Assembly (NCBI GenBank): GCA_032718475.1
Contig: JAUCBJ010005005.1
Location: forward strand, 1-64,000
DNA length: 64,000 nucleotides
Reading direction: 5' to 3'
Origin: Nemertoderma westbladi
Taxonomy: Eukaryota; Animalia; Xenacoelomorpha
The position numbers and the translations under genes are program-made. This document shows, piece after piece, positions 26,701 through 38,648 of this stretch (its first letter is position 1; every line of letters starts with the position of its first letter). The notes under the pieces are model-generated. The model saw only the letters and a list, made by a program, of their open reading frames with translations. It did not search any database and was not told where the DNA came from.

Positions 26701-28326
26701 CCTAATTATTTCAGGCTCATCTACTATAGTAGGGAGTCTTTCTATTTTAATTATTTGGTCTGTGGGTTCTGTACTACCTAAATCTGTGTTAGTTAGTTGC
26801 CTTCTAACAGCTGGGGGCAAATCAGGCAATTTGTGACGGTGAGATGTTCTTCTACGTCTACTTAGACGAGATCTATTTCCTCCGCCTTCAGGATCGGTGG
26901 TATCGCCTTCCTCAGATGAGGTATAACCTTGTCTTTTGGGAGTAGATCTATTCATCATCTGCATATTACTAGCTGTTAACTGTTTACTGAAGTTGTCTTG
27001 CTTCTCTTGAAGATTTTCCAACTCTAGTTGGGTTGTCTCTTCAGATGCCCTCCGTTCTGCTTCTGCCACTGCTATTTTTGCCTCTGCCGCTGCCTCTGCC
27101 ACTGCCGCCTTTCTTTCTGCTTCTGCCACTGCTGCTGCCGCTGCTGCTATCTTTCTGTCTTCTATACGTTTTTTCTTTACTTGTTCTTCTTGAACCTTAG
27201 CGATGCAGATGCTTTCATTGAATTTAGCTTGGTTCGCAGCTAACCTATCCACATCGATTGCGTCCAACACACGCTGGGCTCCTTCACTATTAGGGCTAAG
27301 CCCCTCTAGTCTTCTCCTCAACTCTTCATCTCCTACAAAACGTTGATAGTCCGACAGATAGATGTCAATGGCATCCCTCTTATGCGGCTTCTCTGCCGTC
27401 GCTTCACTTTCCACTTGGGAAAAAGTAGCGTCTGTTGATTCTCCATGGGTTGAGCGCTCATCCAGTTGGGCTTTCCACTGAGTCGTTCCTTGCACCTGGA
27501 GGCTCACCCGTTGAAACCAAGTCTTTACGGCAACTTGCAACGACGTGTCTTGTCTTCTTTTAGAAGCCTCCTCAAAGGCCGATAAGATTAGCCTGATTCG
27601 TAGAATTCTTTCTCTAACTCGATAAAGCAGCTGTCCCTGCTCTTGAGGTCCTTGGGGTTGTTGAAACAGTTGTTTTTCTAATCGCTCCATGGAGCTGAAG
27701 AATCCCTGTACGTATCCGGCTGCGGACCTCTTCCACACAGCTGGATCGATGGTTTCCTTGGTTACTCCCATCCTGTGTATATCTTCCCAAGCAGCTTCTG
27801 ATAAATTTAACGGGAGTCCGGGTCCGGGGAAGTTCCATTGCGACTCGACAATAGACTTCAGTTCTTCCCTTGTGTATCCCGCATAACTATCTTTAGTCGA
27901 TCGCTTACTTCTCGCCCAATCGATCTGGTGTTCTTCCACCGCAATCAATAACCTAGTGAGTACGGCTGCAGGAAGGATGAGAAGGGGATCCGAATAAACC
28001 GCATCCGTCATCTTTGCTCCGCGCTCGGGTGTCAGCTCTACAGTATCCTCACTACTGGAGCTGTCGGGCCATTGAGAAATAAGTTCTTGGCTCGCGGGTT
28101 GTTGTTGTTCCGCTGCTTCTTGGTCCCGCTTGACCTGAGCTCTAGTGCCTATGATAGACCTACGGTGTTGGACCAGCCTAGGTTCTGATATTACTACTGG
28201 GGGAATGATCTTTCTTACAGTAGGAGGTGAGTTGAACTTCGGTCTAACACGTTCCACACTCCTGTCTAGGTCACATATGGTTGTATCTAGGAGACTGTCT
28301 GACAGATTTTGCTTTGTGTCAGACAT
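23717..28326 (-). pseudogene. Element B gag-protease with deleted pol (frameshifted ORFs 25120-28326, 24695-25150, 24279-24722, 23717-24370)
   Basis: BEL gag (KFNGDEMKWLPF...EKLRFL, DUF1759-like), CYNCLRRGHQRRTC and CAKCGAKHH knuckles, protease ALLDSGS. Only the remnants WRHCP..NLADIASRG and RPAGRLYLL of pol remain. Confidence 0.85.
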
Positions 28327-29785
28327 GTTGGTTTGTACAGTTGAATGCCTACTACTATATTACAGTTTAAGCAAGTTTAGTAATTCAGTATCAACTGTTA
28401 GCCTAGTAATTAATTACCGATACTGCTACTTAGTGTAGCGTGATATATGTATAATATATTAGAATACCGGTATGCTTATAGTATATATATAAGTATTATT
28501 ACAGACTAGGTTTGTCACAGGATACCGGTATGTAATTCCAGCACAAATATATATAAATATATAATAGGCCTATCGTGAATACCGGTATGCAGCTTACACT
28601 TATAGTACATATAAGTATAATTATTAACTACAATTAATTACAGAATACCGGTATGATTTCAGCCTAAATTTATAGAAATAAATATAATAAGCCTATCGTG
28701 AATACCGGTATACAGCTTACACTTATAATGTATATATATAAGTGTAATTACAGACTAGAATTAATTACAGAACACCGGTATGATTTCAGCCTAAATTTAT
28801 AGAAATAAATATAATAAGCCTATCGTGAATACCGGTATGTCAATTATTTTAAATAATTGAATTTCTGAATTTTAAGGGTTACTTGGTTACTTTAACTTAC
28901 TTTATTACCGTTATTTAAGCAGTAGTCCAACTGATATTTAGACCTAATTGTTGTATGGCAGGCCTACTATTTATAAATCTTTGAGTTGATTTATAATATA
29001 TATACCCGTTATAATGGGTTTTTTGTCAATATTTGAAATAAATGTTATTATTTCTGGGGGGAGTCACTACACAGAAGCTGTGCGCTCTCAGTGGAGTGCT
29101 ACTTGTTGGACACTAAAATAAATAATTCTAATTTACCTAAGTTACTTAATACTACAAATTACATACAGTTCGGGGTGAGATTACAATCTCTAAATAAACA
29201 CAAAAATTACAAATACGAATTTTTAGGGTAATTTTTACAGGGAATCTACAAACCAGCCTAACAAAGGGTTATAATTCTGGTTATTACAACGGACAGAGTA
29301 CTACGGTATTTGAAAATAATAAGTAGTAGTAAATATACTGCGTTGTCCAGATAGAAAAATACCACCGTCTGACGACTTATAGCCGTATCGCTATAAGTAC
29401 TACGTTATGTATCACGGAGTGTTCCTACCTAGAAGTTAATTACCGCGGTCTACCAGAACCAACGTGCCTATTAACCACTTTACAACACAAATATACTGCC
29501 TACACACTAATTTCCTTCGGAAAGCACTGTACACTAAACCCTAAATTAGGTACAAGTACTTATACAACAAATAATTAGTAGTTAAAATACTTGAACAGCT
29601 AAAAGAACCACGGTATCTGCCGGAGTGACCAAAGCACAAAATCTCCAGTCTTTACCTACGCCGAGCAGCCCTGATGTAGTACCGGGGTTAGTTTAACTGT
29701 AACGGTATATATAACAAGCACAATTACTGCAGGAATAAACTTGGGGAATGAATGTTGCGAATAATCGCATAAACTCTGAATAATA

Positions 29786-30350
29786 AATATTACGCTACGC
29801 GTACAGACTACTCAAACAAAATGCAGACCAAATACTGACAGACTACTATCAAGCCCAAGCAAACTACGGTATATGCAGACTCCGAAATGGTTAGTTAGTA
29901 TGCGTCCTAACCTAGTGGGACGACTTATTCTTTCGAGGGGGTTTACCTCACAACTCTGGAAGCCCCTACGTTCCCAACTGGCACTTTATCAGACATACAC
30001 TCTACACACACCGAAATCTCTCAAGACCTAACAACAGCCAGACAAAATCCAGCCTACAAATTATCTAAGTAAGAAATATTACGCTACCCGTACAGACTAT
30101 ACAAACAAGGTACAGACCAAACGCTGGCAGACTACTATCAAGCCTAAATAAACTACAGTATATGCAGACTCCGAAATGGTTAGTTAGTATGCGTTCTAAC
30201 CGAGTAGTACGACTTATTCTTTCGAGGGGGTTCACCTCACAGCACTGGCAGCCCCTACTTTCCTAACTAGTACTTTTTCGGACATATGCTCTACACACAC
30301 TACAGTCCCTTCAGACTTAACAACAGTCAGACAACAGTCTAGCCTACTGA
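29786..30350. repeat. Diverged ~290-bp tandem duplication in the element B 5' leader
   Basis: aaatattacgctac...gactccgaaatggttagttagtatgcgt...acaacag.cagacaa occurs at ~29786 and ~30074. Confidence 0.85.
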
Positions 30351-30361
30351 AATACAGAAGC

Positions 30362-30373
30362 TATATCCGTTAT
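30362..30373 (-). promoter_or_regulatory. Element B primer-binding position (ATAACGGATATA): non-tRNA, complementary to its own LTR at 31099-31110
   Basis: tatatccgttat (30362-30373) is the exact reverse complement of ataacggatata (31099-31110; also 10110-10121). It abuts the LTR and has no TGG. Confidence 0.75.
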
Positions 30374-31541
30374 TGTTCGCGCTTTCAGACCTTTAGCAGT
30401 TTAACCTGCCAAATTTGGATGTCTTTTAAATGATAGATAGTCTTTAGCCTATGACAAGTATTTGATACACTACATTAGCCGAATCCAGTCCACGCGCGAT
30501 CATTCACCCGCTGGATATACCCGGGAGACTGGATTCGGAAGCCCAACCGTATTGCGGGGTAGGCCTACTGTATTATTCGACTGATCGTAATATATATAAT
30601 CTCTGACAAATATTATTCACTTTAGGGAAATATTAACAGTTCCTTTAGGACGTGGCGCTTTAAATATATAAACAGAGTTATGACTTAAACTAGACACAAC
30701 GGGATGGCTATAGATTCACGTATATGGCGCATTCTTTAGGAGATGCTTCGTTATCAATCACAATCATACACAATACTGCACAATGCTGCACACTAATCTG
30801 CCGACCTTCACTAATTTTAGTCACATATAAGGAGAACAACAGACAATACGTGTAGGGCCTATAAAATAGCATTAGATTCACTTCAAACCACTTAATGTAA
30901 GTCGCAATCGTTATATGTATCCGGTCTCTCTAACCTTTAGTATATCAAGAAGATTGGGGTGTCTGATTGTTTATCAGTATTCCAAATATAATATTCCATC
31001 AACAAATATAATGAATAACCGACAGTAAATAGCAGTACGAAACACGGATTGAGTTAAGTAAGTTGTGTTGTGGTATGAGTTCAGTGAGGTATGTTGTGAT
31101 AACGGATATACGTTCTATAATTAAGCCTACTAATGTTGAGCTAAAGACTGAAACACGGAGGTTCCACGCCGGTGTTGTAGGCTGTGGACAAAATCACATA
31201 CTGACTCACTTCACTAGTTTCTATATACAATCTCCAACACAGAGGCAAAAAACGCTCTGATTGGTCGACCGAACAAAGAGAGAACAAAGAACAAAGAGAT
31301 GTTCCACGTAGCAATATCAGCTGTTAGCCGTCGTCATGGTAGCTACACTGTTTCAAGAGGATCCGGCGTATTGCGTCATAGAATTGCTAATCATGTCCGC
31401 TAAAGTACACATACAGAAGAAATGGCTTTTATGTCCTCTAAAACAACAATACAGTAAGGACACGGCCTTTTATGCCTGTTAAACCAACTACAGAGTACTT
31501 TACGGGGAAAATAACCGGCTAATTACGCAAAAGCCTTTACA
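30374..31541 (-). repeat. Element B 5' LTR (1168 bp)
   Basis: Direct repeat of 9385-10553. Minus-strand CCAAT (~31262), TATATAG (~31224) and TCAGT initiator-like (~31202) motifs. Confidence 0.95.
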
Positions 31542-31546
31542 ATCTC

Positions 31547-32403
31547 CGACAACTATATTTACTTTCAGGGAAATATTAGCAGTTCCATTGAGATATGGCG
31601 CTTTAAGTATCACGCAGAGTTATGACTGACACTAATTACAATGAATGGTCATGAGACTACACAGTATTTACATTGTTTAGGAATGTATAATTATTCGCTC
31701 GCATTTCTACACTCACGTCACTGACAATAGTACTGAAACACACTAATTTGCCGTCTGTCACTGATTTTAGTCATATATAAGGAGGATTGCAACTCACATG
31801 CGTTGGGGTTATGAAATAGCATTAAATTCATACAGACCACTATAAATTAGGCCACAATTGCTACTGATACACCCTTCTGCTTACCTCAGTAATTAAGAAA
31901 GTTAAGGGGGATTTAACGATTATTCATCAGTATTCTCCAAATATTAGCAGTAATCAAATAGGTTACAAACACAGTATTATAACAATATAAACAATATAAG
32001 TTACGCGGTATGCCGCATTTAATCATCAGTCAGATGTTGTGTTAGAGAGTGTAAAGAGAGAGATAATTTACTGTGTTTTATAATTCTCTGACACTCTAGC
32101 CACAGATGGTCCATTGGGCAAAGTCAGAAATGTTAGAATGAATGATTGAATGAGTTCTGAAAGAAATTTGCCGCATTGCGTCATTTTACATAGGCTACAG
32201 AGCACAGGTAAAGGGAGATCGCGCTGATTGGCTGAAATATGTCAACAAATAACACAGGTCCTAAGCACAAAGAAACAGCTGGTAGATTTCGTCATCTCAG
32301 CTCTGAGTTTGGACAAACGCTTAGTTGCATAAGTTTATAGGTCCTTTAGAGTATTTCAGCGCATCGCTCAAAATGACTTATTTTGCCCGCAAAAGCTTTT
32401 ACA
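31547..32403 (-). repeat. Element A 3' LTR, right piece
   Basis: Resumes after the TSD atctc with similarity to the B LTR (cagggaaatattagcagttcc vs tagggaaatattaacagttcc). Ends aaaagcttttaca, followed by the same PPT-side sequence as B (ccgctc.cagaaaatgggatttaagtc). Confidence 0.8.
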
Positions 32404-32493
32404 CCGCTCTCAGAAAATGGGATTTAAGTCTATAAAATAGACATAAAATCACAGTTCCTAATATAAAAATACTCTAAACTATCAGTCCTTCTT

Positions 32494-33360
32494 TCACGAA
32501 TGGCGTTTACGGAGTTTCTTAAAACTTGCGATAGTCTTTTTCTCCTTGGGGCGAGCCACTTTACTAGGAGGGCTATAACTCCTGGGGGAAGGGTGCAATA
32601 CTATTACATCGGAAGGGTTAGGATTGCAGTCGGTGTATCCGCCGGTCGAGGTATCCGGTTGATCGATATCCATATCGGGGGATTGGGATTGAACAACCTT
32701 TAGGGCTCGTTTCAGGACAGCAGCTCTTACTGGTCCTTGATTGGTTGTCTGTACGACAGTGGTAGGTCGACCGTACGTAGTAAGGAATTTTCTCGGTTTA
32801 ATCGTTCTTTCTAATTCGTGCTCCCTTGCTTTGTATTCATATGGTCGCCTATGAACTTCTTGTAATTCCGGGTGTGCGTTTATGAATAACTCACCGTATT
32901 CTTTCTTCCTCGAACAATACATATAAATTCTAATGGACTATTCGAGTTTTAATAAATCCATCGAGGTTATATGGAGGTATTATTATGTCATTTTCTATTC
33001 TGGAGATGTTATAAGGTTTTCTAAATGAGTTTGCTTTAACTAATTGGTCAAAATGTTTTGGTAGTTGTTCAAGTTCAACAAGATCTAGGGGATTTATCAA
33101 TGGTAGAAACTTTAAACTATGTGTAGGATCTTCGGGTTTCACCATATAATATTGAGCTAAGTGGACATAGTAGGGGTGGTCTTTGATCCCGTAAAATGAG
33201 TTCTGTAAAGGTCTAGCGCGTATGTTAACCTCGTGTACCATACGACGGACAAGGTCTGCTCGATTGTCCAGAGGTTCACCGAGTATACCGTCGACACGAG
33301 CAGCTTCAATCTGCGCACGTTGTAACATAGGAGCGTCAGCGATAATATCTCGAGATCTAA
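32494..33360 (-). pseudogene. Element A accessory ORF remnant with the exonuclease/knuckle region deleted
   Basis: IEAARVDGIL...GFIKTRIVH is joined directly to EYGELFINAHPELQEV; both pieces are homologous to B. Confidence 0.8.
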
Positions 33361-33593
33361 CCGTTTAACGCCCATTGCACCTTAAATGGAACATGGCATT
33401 TGGAGAGACATGGGCGGCTGCTGCTTTGAAAAAAACGTGATTTTTTTTTGATATGAGTAAATTACATGTTTCCTCACATAATCACACCTTACTTGACCAA
33501 ATTTTATCAATTTCAAAACTGGAAAATGCCTGTTGAAAAGTGAAATTTTTGAAAAATTTAGGTGTCTTTTTGAATCTTAAAATTATGAGATGT

Positions 33594-33767
33594 AAGCAAG
33601 CAAGCAAGCAAACAGTCGGCCGAAGCCGGAGGCGACCCGAAGGCTCCTCTTTCGATAGCTGCTACCCGAGGGTAGGGGTGGGCGCTACTCCTATCCCAAG
33701 ATTTGCTCCCAGTTATTTAACTGGTACTCATTTTATCGACCCCAATGGATGAAAGGCTTAGTGGACC
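33594..33767 (-). mobile_element. 5'-truncated SINE (MetaSINE-like central domain) with (CTTG)n tail and 9-bp TSD ATGAGATGT
   Basis: Minus strand gcctttcatcc...ggtcgataaaatgagtaccag resembles the conserved Meta/Nin-type SINE core (from memory). atgagatgt at 33585-33593 and 33768-33776. Confidence 0.65.
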
Positions 33768-34289
33768 ATGAGATGTGGGATGGTCAACAATTTTCGAAAA
33801 TTAGCTTTCCTGTTGGCCTGAATGCTATTTTAATCATTTTTATCAGTATTAGCTTTCAAATTTTTATTTAACAATGTTTAATACAGCAGCAAAGTGAAAT
33901 GTTCCATTCAAGGTGCGTTGGGACTTCAAACTCATTTTTTTTTACATTTTTTTTAAAATTGCTTCACATAGTCCACATTCTACACCTGACTCGAATAAAT
34001 TGCATTTTCTTGACCTGATTTTGATTAACTTTGAAAAAATGTCTACAAGTTCTCCAAAAGACCAGTGGAAATGTGAAGAACATAACTCGATTGTCGAGTG
34101 TACTGTACCGTACATTGTATAGGTCTATACTGTAGGTACAGTCAAGGCCTAGATACGGCAGAACACAGTGTAGATTAGTATATTTTTTAGCTAGTTTGTA
34201 TTAGGCCTACTATTTTTTTTTTTTCAATGTAACAATATTTTTTAAGATTATATATATAAGAAAGGACAAACGAAGAGACAGCAGAAACA

Positions 34290-34815
34290 AGTGGGGTGAA
34301 CCCGACCCCGGAGCTGTGACACTCACGATCTTCCGCTCCCGGCCTCAGTAAGGGCATGTCCAGGTTTGCTGGGTGGTGGGGACAGGAAAAGCGGAGGTTG
34401 ATGCCCTCTCGGGTTCCTCTGCAGATGTGGAGAGGGAGGTTAGGGCAGGATCTAGGTGTGGGATGGCTGGTTGGTGGCCAAGGATGAGGGAAATAAGGGG
34501 TCCAGCCCTTCAAACGGAGTCTACATATGCAGCTGGTACATGGTCAGTTGCCTTGCGCAGGCCTAGACCCCCCATAGCGGGTGGAAAGCATGCATTGTTG
34601 TATGACCAGTGGGAGAGCGAACCTCCGACCAGGTCAGACAAGGAGTCACGCATGATGAGGTCAAATTCCAAGGAATACTGCACTACCAGAGATGGAGGGC
34701 AACAGCGCAGGGCGAAGACGACCTTGGGGCAAGCAGGAGCGGAGGAGGGCAGTTTCTATCTGCGAGTCCTGCAGGTCTGGCAGGCATGCAATTATGGCAC
34801 GGACCTTTATTGATC
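34290..34815 (-). pseudogene. Degraded CRE-like non-LTR retrotransposon RT fragment
   Basis: Minus-strand translation across frameshifts: QIETALLRSCL...EFDLIMRDSLSDLVG...PPAMGGLGLRKATDHVPAAYVDS. Confidence 0.6.
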
Positions 34816-35340
34816 CGTCCCATAACAGTATAAGGATCAGCATCAGTATATCGGAACAGCAGTACTTTGCACAATGTGCACAATGAACTTCTTGATACAA
34901 AAGTCGAGAACTTTATAGGCCTAGTATGGTATGGTATAGTATAGTATAGTATGTGTACTTTGCATGTGTAGGCCCACTCTAGAGGCAAGGCATTACGCAT
35001 TATATACTATACCTATAGGCCTATAAACGGAACTCGATAAACCGAAAGTAAATCTGACAGAACATCCCTGATAAACGGCTACCGGAACCTATCTTAACAA
35101 CAGTAACTTTTTTCCAGTTAGTTTATATCAGTAAGCCGATGACCTGCTTATCCATACTGTAGCTGCATAGCCTAACTAAGTGCAGTAGCTTCTGAGCAAT
35201 CAATGGGGTCCTATATAATTTATGTTATTTATTTATTTATGTTTTTTTGCAAAAGTGTAAAAGTAAAGTTACTTTATTGGGCCATTTTGAGATAGTTTCC
35301 AAAATATGAAACATTTTTTAAGTGGGCGTTAAATGGTTAA

Positions 35341-36021
35341 GTTGATATCAACCGGTTGAGGTTGTGCTGTCGCGAAGAGTATATTTCCGAACTGAGGAAC
35401 CATCGAAGGATGAATGATGGTTTTGGAGTAGAGATCAGTCATAAGTATCTGTGCTTCAGGTTGAGCTAAAGCTACTTCTTCTCTCTCGTCCATTTCGAAA
35501 TGTTTCTCCTCTAGCTGATTCTCCTCTGCTTGTCTTTTAAACCGTTCGCACAAGAACTCTTGTAACGAATATGTACATCCAAGTTCAACATCTCCCTCCA
35601 GATTTTCGATTTCTCGATCAAACTGAGGTAAAGCTAATTCTTTTACCGCTTGTACTTGTTGATGTAATCTATGTTTGTCTAAACAATCATAGGTTTCTTT
35701 TCTGATCTTTTGCCGAATTGCGTCCATTGCGTTCCATATGACACTTTCGTCCACTTCGGTTACAGATTGTATCGGAGTCAAACCGGGATGAATATACGGG
35801 TTGAATGGAGATATTAGATGCCCAGTGGGCATCTATCAGTGGACGTCCCAATCCGGCTTGGTAGGAAGGGCTAATATCCAAGGAGCCCACAACCGGAGTG
35901 CCACTGACCAATTGTTTGGATAGCACCAGATCTTTGAACAACGAGTACAACTCAGTAGGATCTGTCATACTGTCAGGGTCGAGAGTCTGCGGTCGCACCG
36001 GGGAATAAGGAGGTCTGACCA
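35341..36021 (-). pseudogene. Element A accessory ORF remnant (middle piece)
   Basis: VRPQTLDP...QVQAVKELALPQFDREI...AQPQPVDINL is near-identical in protein to B 20567-21230. Confidence 0.85.
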
Positions 36022-37914
36022 TATTGGAAGAGACAGCAACAATACCTGCAATATCCTACTGTAAAGTTTGTGAATCAAATCATAAATCCGACCTTCTCAC
36101 CAAAACAGTAAACTCTAAGTAAGCGAATATATTGCAGTATCGATCTCTTATAACCGGTGAGGCAGAAAACAGTCTACGAGCAGACAAACTTCGATGAAAC
36201 AAAATCCCGCGCAGCGAATCCTAAAATCAGGCTGACTCACTGACGGACTAAGGGGCTCGTATACTTTGCCGCGGTGTGATTTATATGGTTGGGCGAAAGA
36301 GACGCTAGCTAGGTACAGAGGCAGAGATTTGGAGATGTCTAACTAGCGGGCAAAGCACAGTACGGACAAAAGTTAATTTTATATATTTTGAGGTGTAAAT
36401 AATTTCTAACGCGCGTGTTAATTCTGAACGGTCAAAAGCAGTTTTGCTCCTTCACATATATAATTACTGGGTACGGTGTGCATTTTACGAATATTCTAAT
36501 TTTGTAACTCGTAGGTCCAATACTCACGAATGATAAGGTTCCTTCCCCTCTTGCGTATTTCCAGGACTCAAATTCAGGCATAAGGTTAATGCTACGCCCA
36601 GAATTCGGCAATTTTAGGTACCAGGTCCCTGATACTAAGAAGAGATGTGTTAGTTTACTACTGTAGGCGTACAGTTACTAATAGCTATCCTGGCTCCTAT
36701 CTAGAATTTTAGTCACCCAGGTAGTCCGGGTAACTTCCTATTAGGGCGTTGGCGGGGACACGGTAGATGTTAGTATCCCTAATAGCCTCAATTTATTTGC
36801 GCCTAGCTGTAAACTGCCCTACCGCCTGAACGGTACAATCCCAATTCAGGTGAAAACACAGCAACCCCTCTAGCCTACAAGTTCTAATGCAATGGACACC
36901 GTTGTACTACAAATAGTCGCACACGCACCTGCACTTAGCAAGAGTTAGGCGTACAGTTTGCTGCACCCTACCAATTTGTATGCTTCGTACCAGTGTGCCT
37001 ACGTCCTATCTGCGTACTAGTATCTGCCTGCTCTTTCCCTCTCCCCCCGTAGGAATGTGAAGGTCTACTGTGGGTTTTCCTGAATCAAGACAGTACAGTC
37101 CCTAAGATGTAATTTTAGGCTCACAGCGTGTCACTACTTCTACCTTTTGATCTTTTGGTCTTACACTTAGGTAGCAAGGCGTCGAACGCTGTCTAACCTT
37201 TCAGGCGATGGGTGAATAACTCAAGATGGTATTGCGGGTTGTCTCTTGTCTACATTCCCCCGATGTTCCCGTTCATTGCTGCGGCCCGATCTCTAGCTGG
37301 CCATCCTGTCCCTTAGCTGGGTTCACCGTAGTGAATCATGGTAAAACAGATAGAAAAAAGCAGATTAGCGATAATTCTGACTTTATTACAGAAGATATAA
37401 TTATAATACAATGTAATCTGAAATAAACTAAGCACGACAGAATTAAAGTGATGTGTGTGATAGATATTGAATGAGATAACTAATGAACAAATCGCACCTT
37501 TATATACTAAATTTGTGCCGCAATCAATCGAGAAAATTCTCGATTGTTCTATAGGTTCTAACAGGTTTTTAAAGATAGCTATTGGTCCAGCTAATATATA
37601 ACTTGCACGACATTGGTTACAATCAAATAACTACAGTCTCATTGGTACAGACAAATGCAATTAATTTGTAGCGGTTAATTTAAATGAGTTGAAATTCTGC
37701 ACAAAAATAATTCGCACTTACTAGGATTCGAACTCAATACCTACTACACATATAATTTCCAACGCTCTACCGACTGAGCTACTGAACCACTTGACCAATA
37801 GGCGTATAAATAGAAATAGCAATACAAATGAGGACTCAAAGCAATCTTTACAAAGTTAATTCGAATAAAATAAAATTTTGAAAATCCACGGCATTTAGGG
37901 AATATAATTCTATA
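36022..37914 (-). repeat. Element D 3' LTR (1893 bp)
   Basis: Direct repeat of 55499-57411 with about 4 substitutions and one 20-bp indel by eye. Confidence 0.95.
37716..37788 (-). ncRNA. tRNA-derived / Pol III promoter-like segment in D LTR U3 (second copy at 57213-57285)
   Basis: Minus strand TAGCTCAGTCGGTAGAGCG (A box / D arm) and GAGTTCGAATCC (B box / T arm), followed by a T5 run. No convincing acceptor or anticodon stem. Confidence 0.55.
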
Positions 37915-38648
37915 CCGCTCCATGAAAACAGGATATTATCGTGCATAAAATATACGGTTTTCACCAATAATCAATCAAACTATAGAGTACTTAGGGCGTA
38001 CTTACATATTTACAATTAAATTTCAAACAATACTTCCTTTCTACGTAATGATTCGATACAAAAATAATTACAAATTCAAACTTTACGTATTTAAGGCTTT
38101 ATTAAGTAAGTACAATATAAATCTAAATTAAATTCACCAATATAAATCTATTGCATCTCAATATTGCATAAATTCAAACAATTACAAATATATTGCATCT
38201 CAAATATTGCATAAATTCAAACAATTACAAATACAAATAAATGAAAACAATAAGAAAGGCTCGCGAGTCTTCCATCTACTATTACTTTCTGTTTCACTGT
38301 AAATACTGCCTATAAAATGTAAATTGCATAATATTCGGAACAATATAAATTGCATAAGTTCGGAATAATTACAAATATAAAATATAAATTCTTACAAATA
38401 TAAGTCTTACTAAATATAAGTATAAACTGCATAAGTTTAGAATAATATAAACTCCTTTGCATCTCAAATATGAAACATAAATCTTTCAAATATAAGTTCC
38501 TTCTAAATATAAACTTTCTAAATTTCATAAATTCGGAACAATACAAATTGCTTAAGTTCGGAATAAACACAAATATAAATATAAATTCAAATAAATCACA
38601 AATCATAAGAAAGGCTCACGAGTCTTCCGTCCACCCTTGCCCTCCCTT

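Larger units (their letters stand above)
9385..31541 (-). mobile_element. Element B: non-autonomous BEL/Pao LTR retrotransposon (gag, protease, deleted pol, accessory exonuclease ORF), 5-bp TSD ATCTC
   Basis: Near-identical TG...CA LTRs at 9385-10553 and 30374-31541. atctc at 9380-9384 and 31542-31546. Purine-rich GGAGCGG (minus strand) abuts the left LTR. Confidence 0.93.
33361..35336. mobile_element. Non-autonomous piggyBac-like TIR element inserted in element A
   Basis: TIRs ccgtttaacgccca (33361) and tgggcgttaaatgg (35336), flanked by (c)taa and ttaa. The A coding sequence resumes at 35341. Confidence 0.7.

Noticed and set aside
37716-37788. Bona fide tRNA gene serving as the element's primer
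   Set aside because: Acceptor and anticodon stems are not formed and its 3' end is not complementary to the D PBS.
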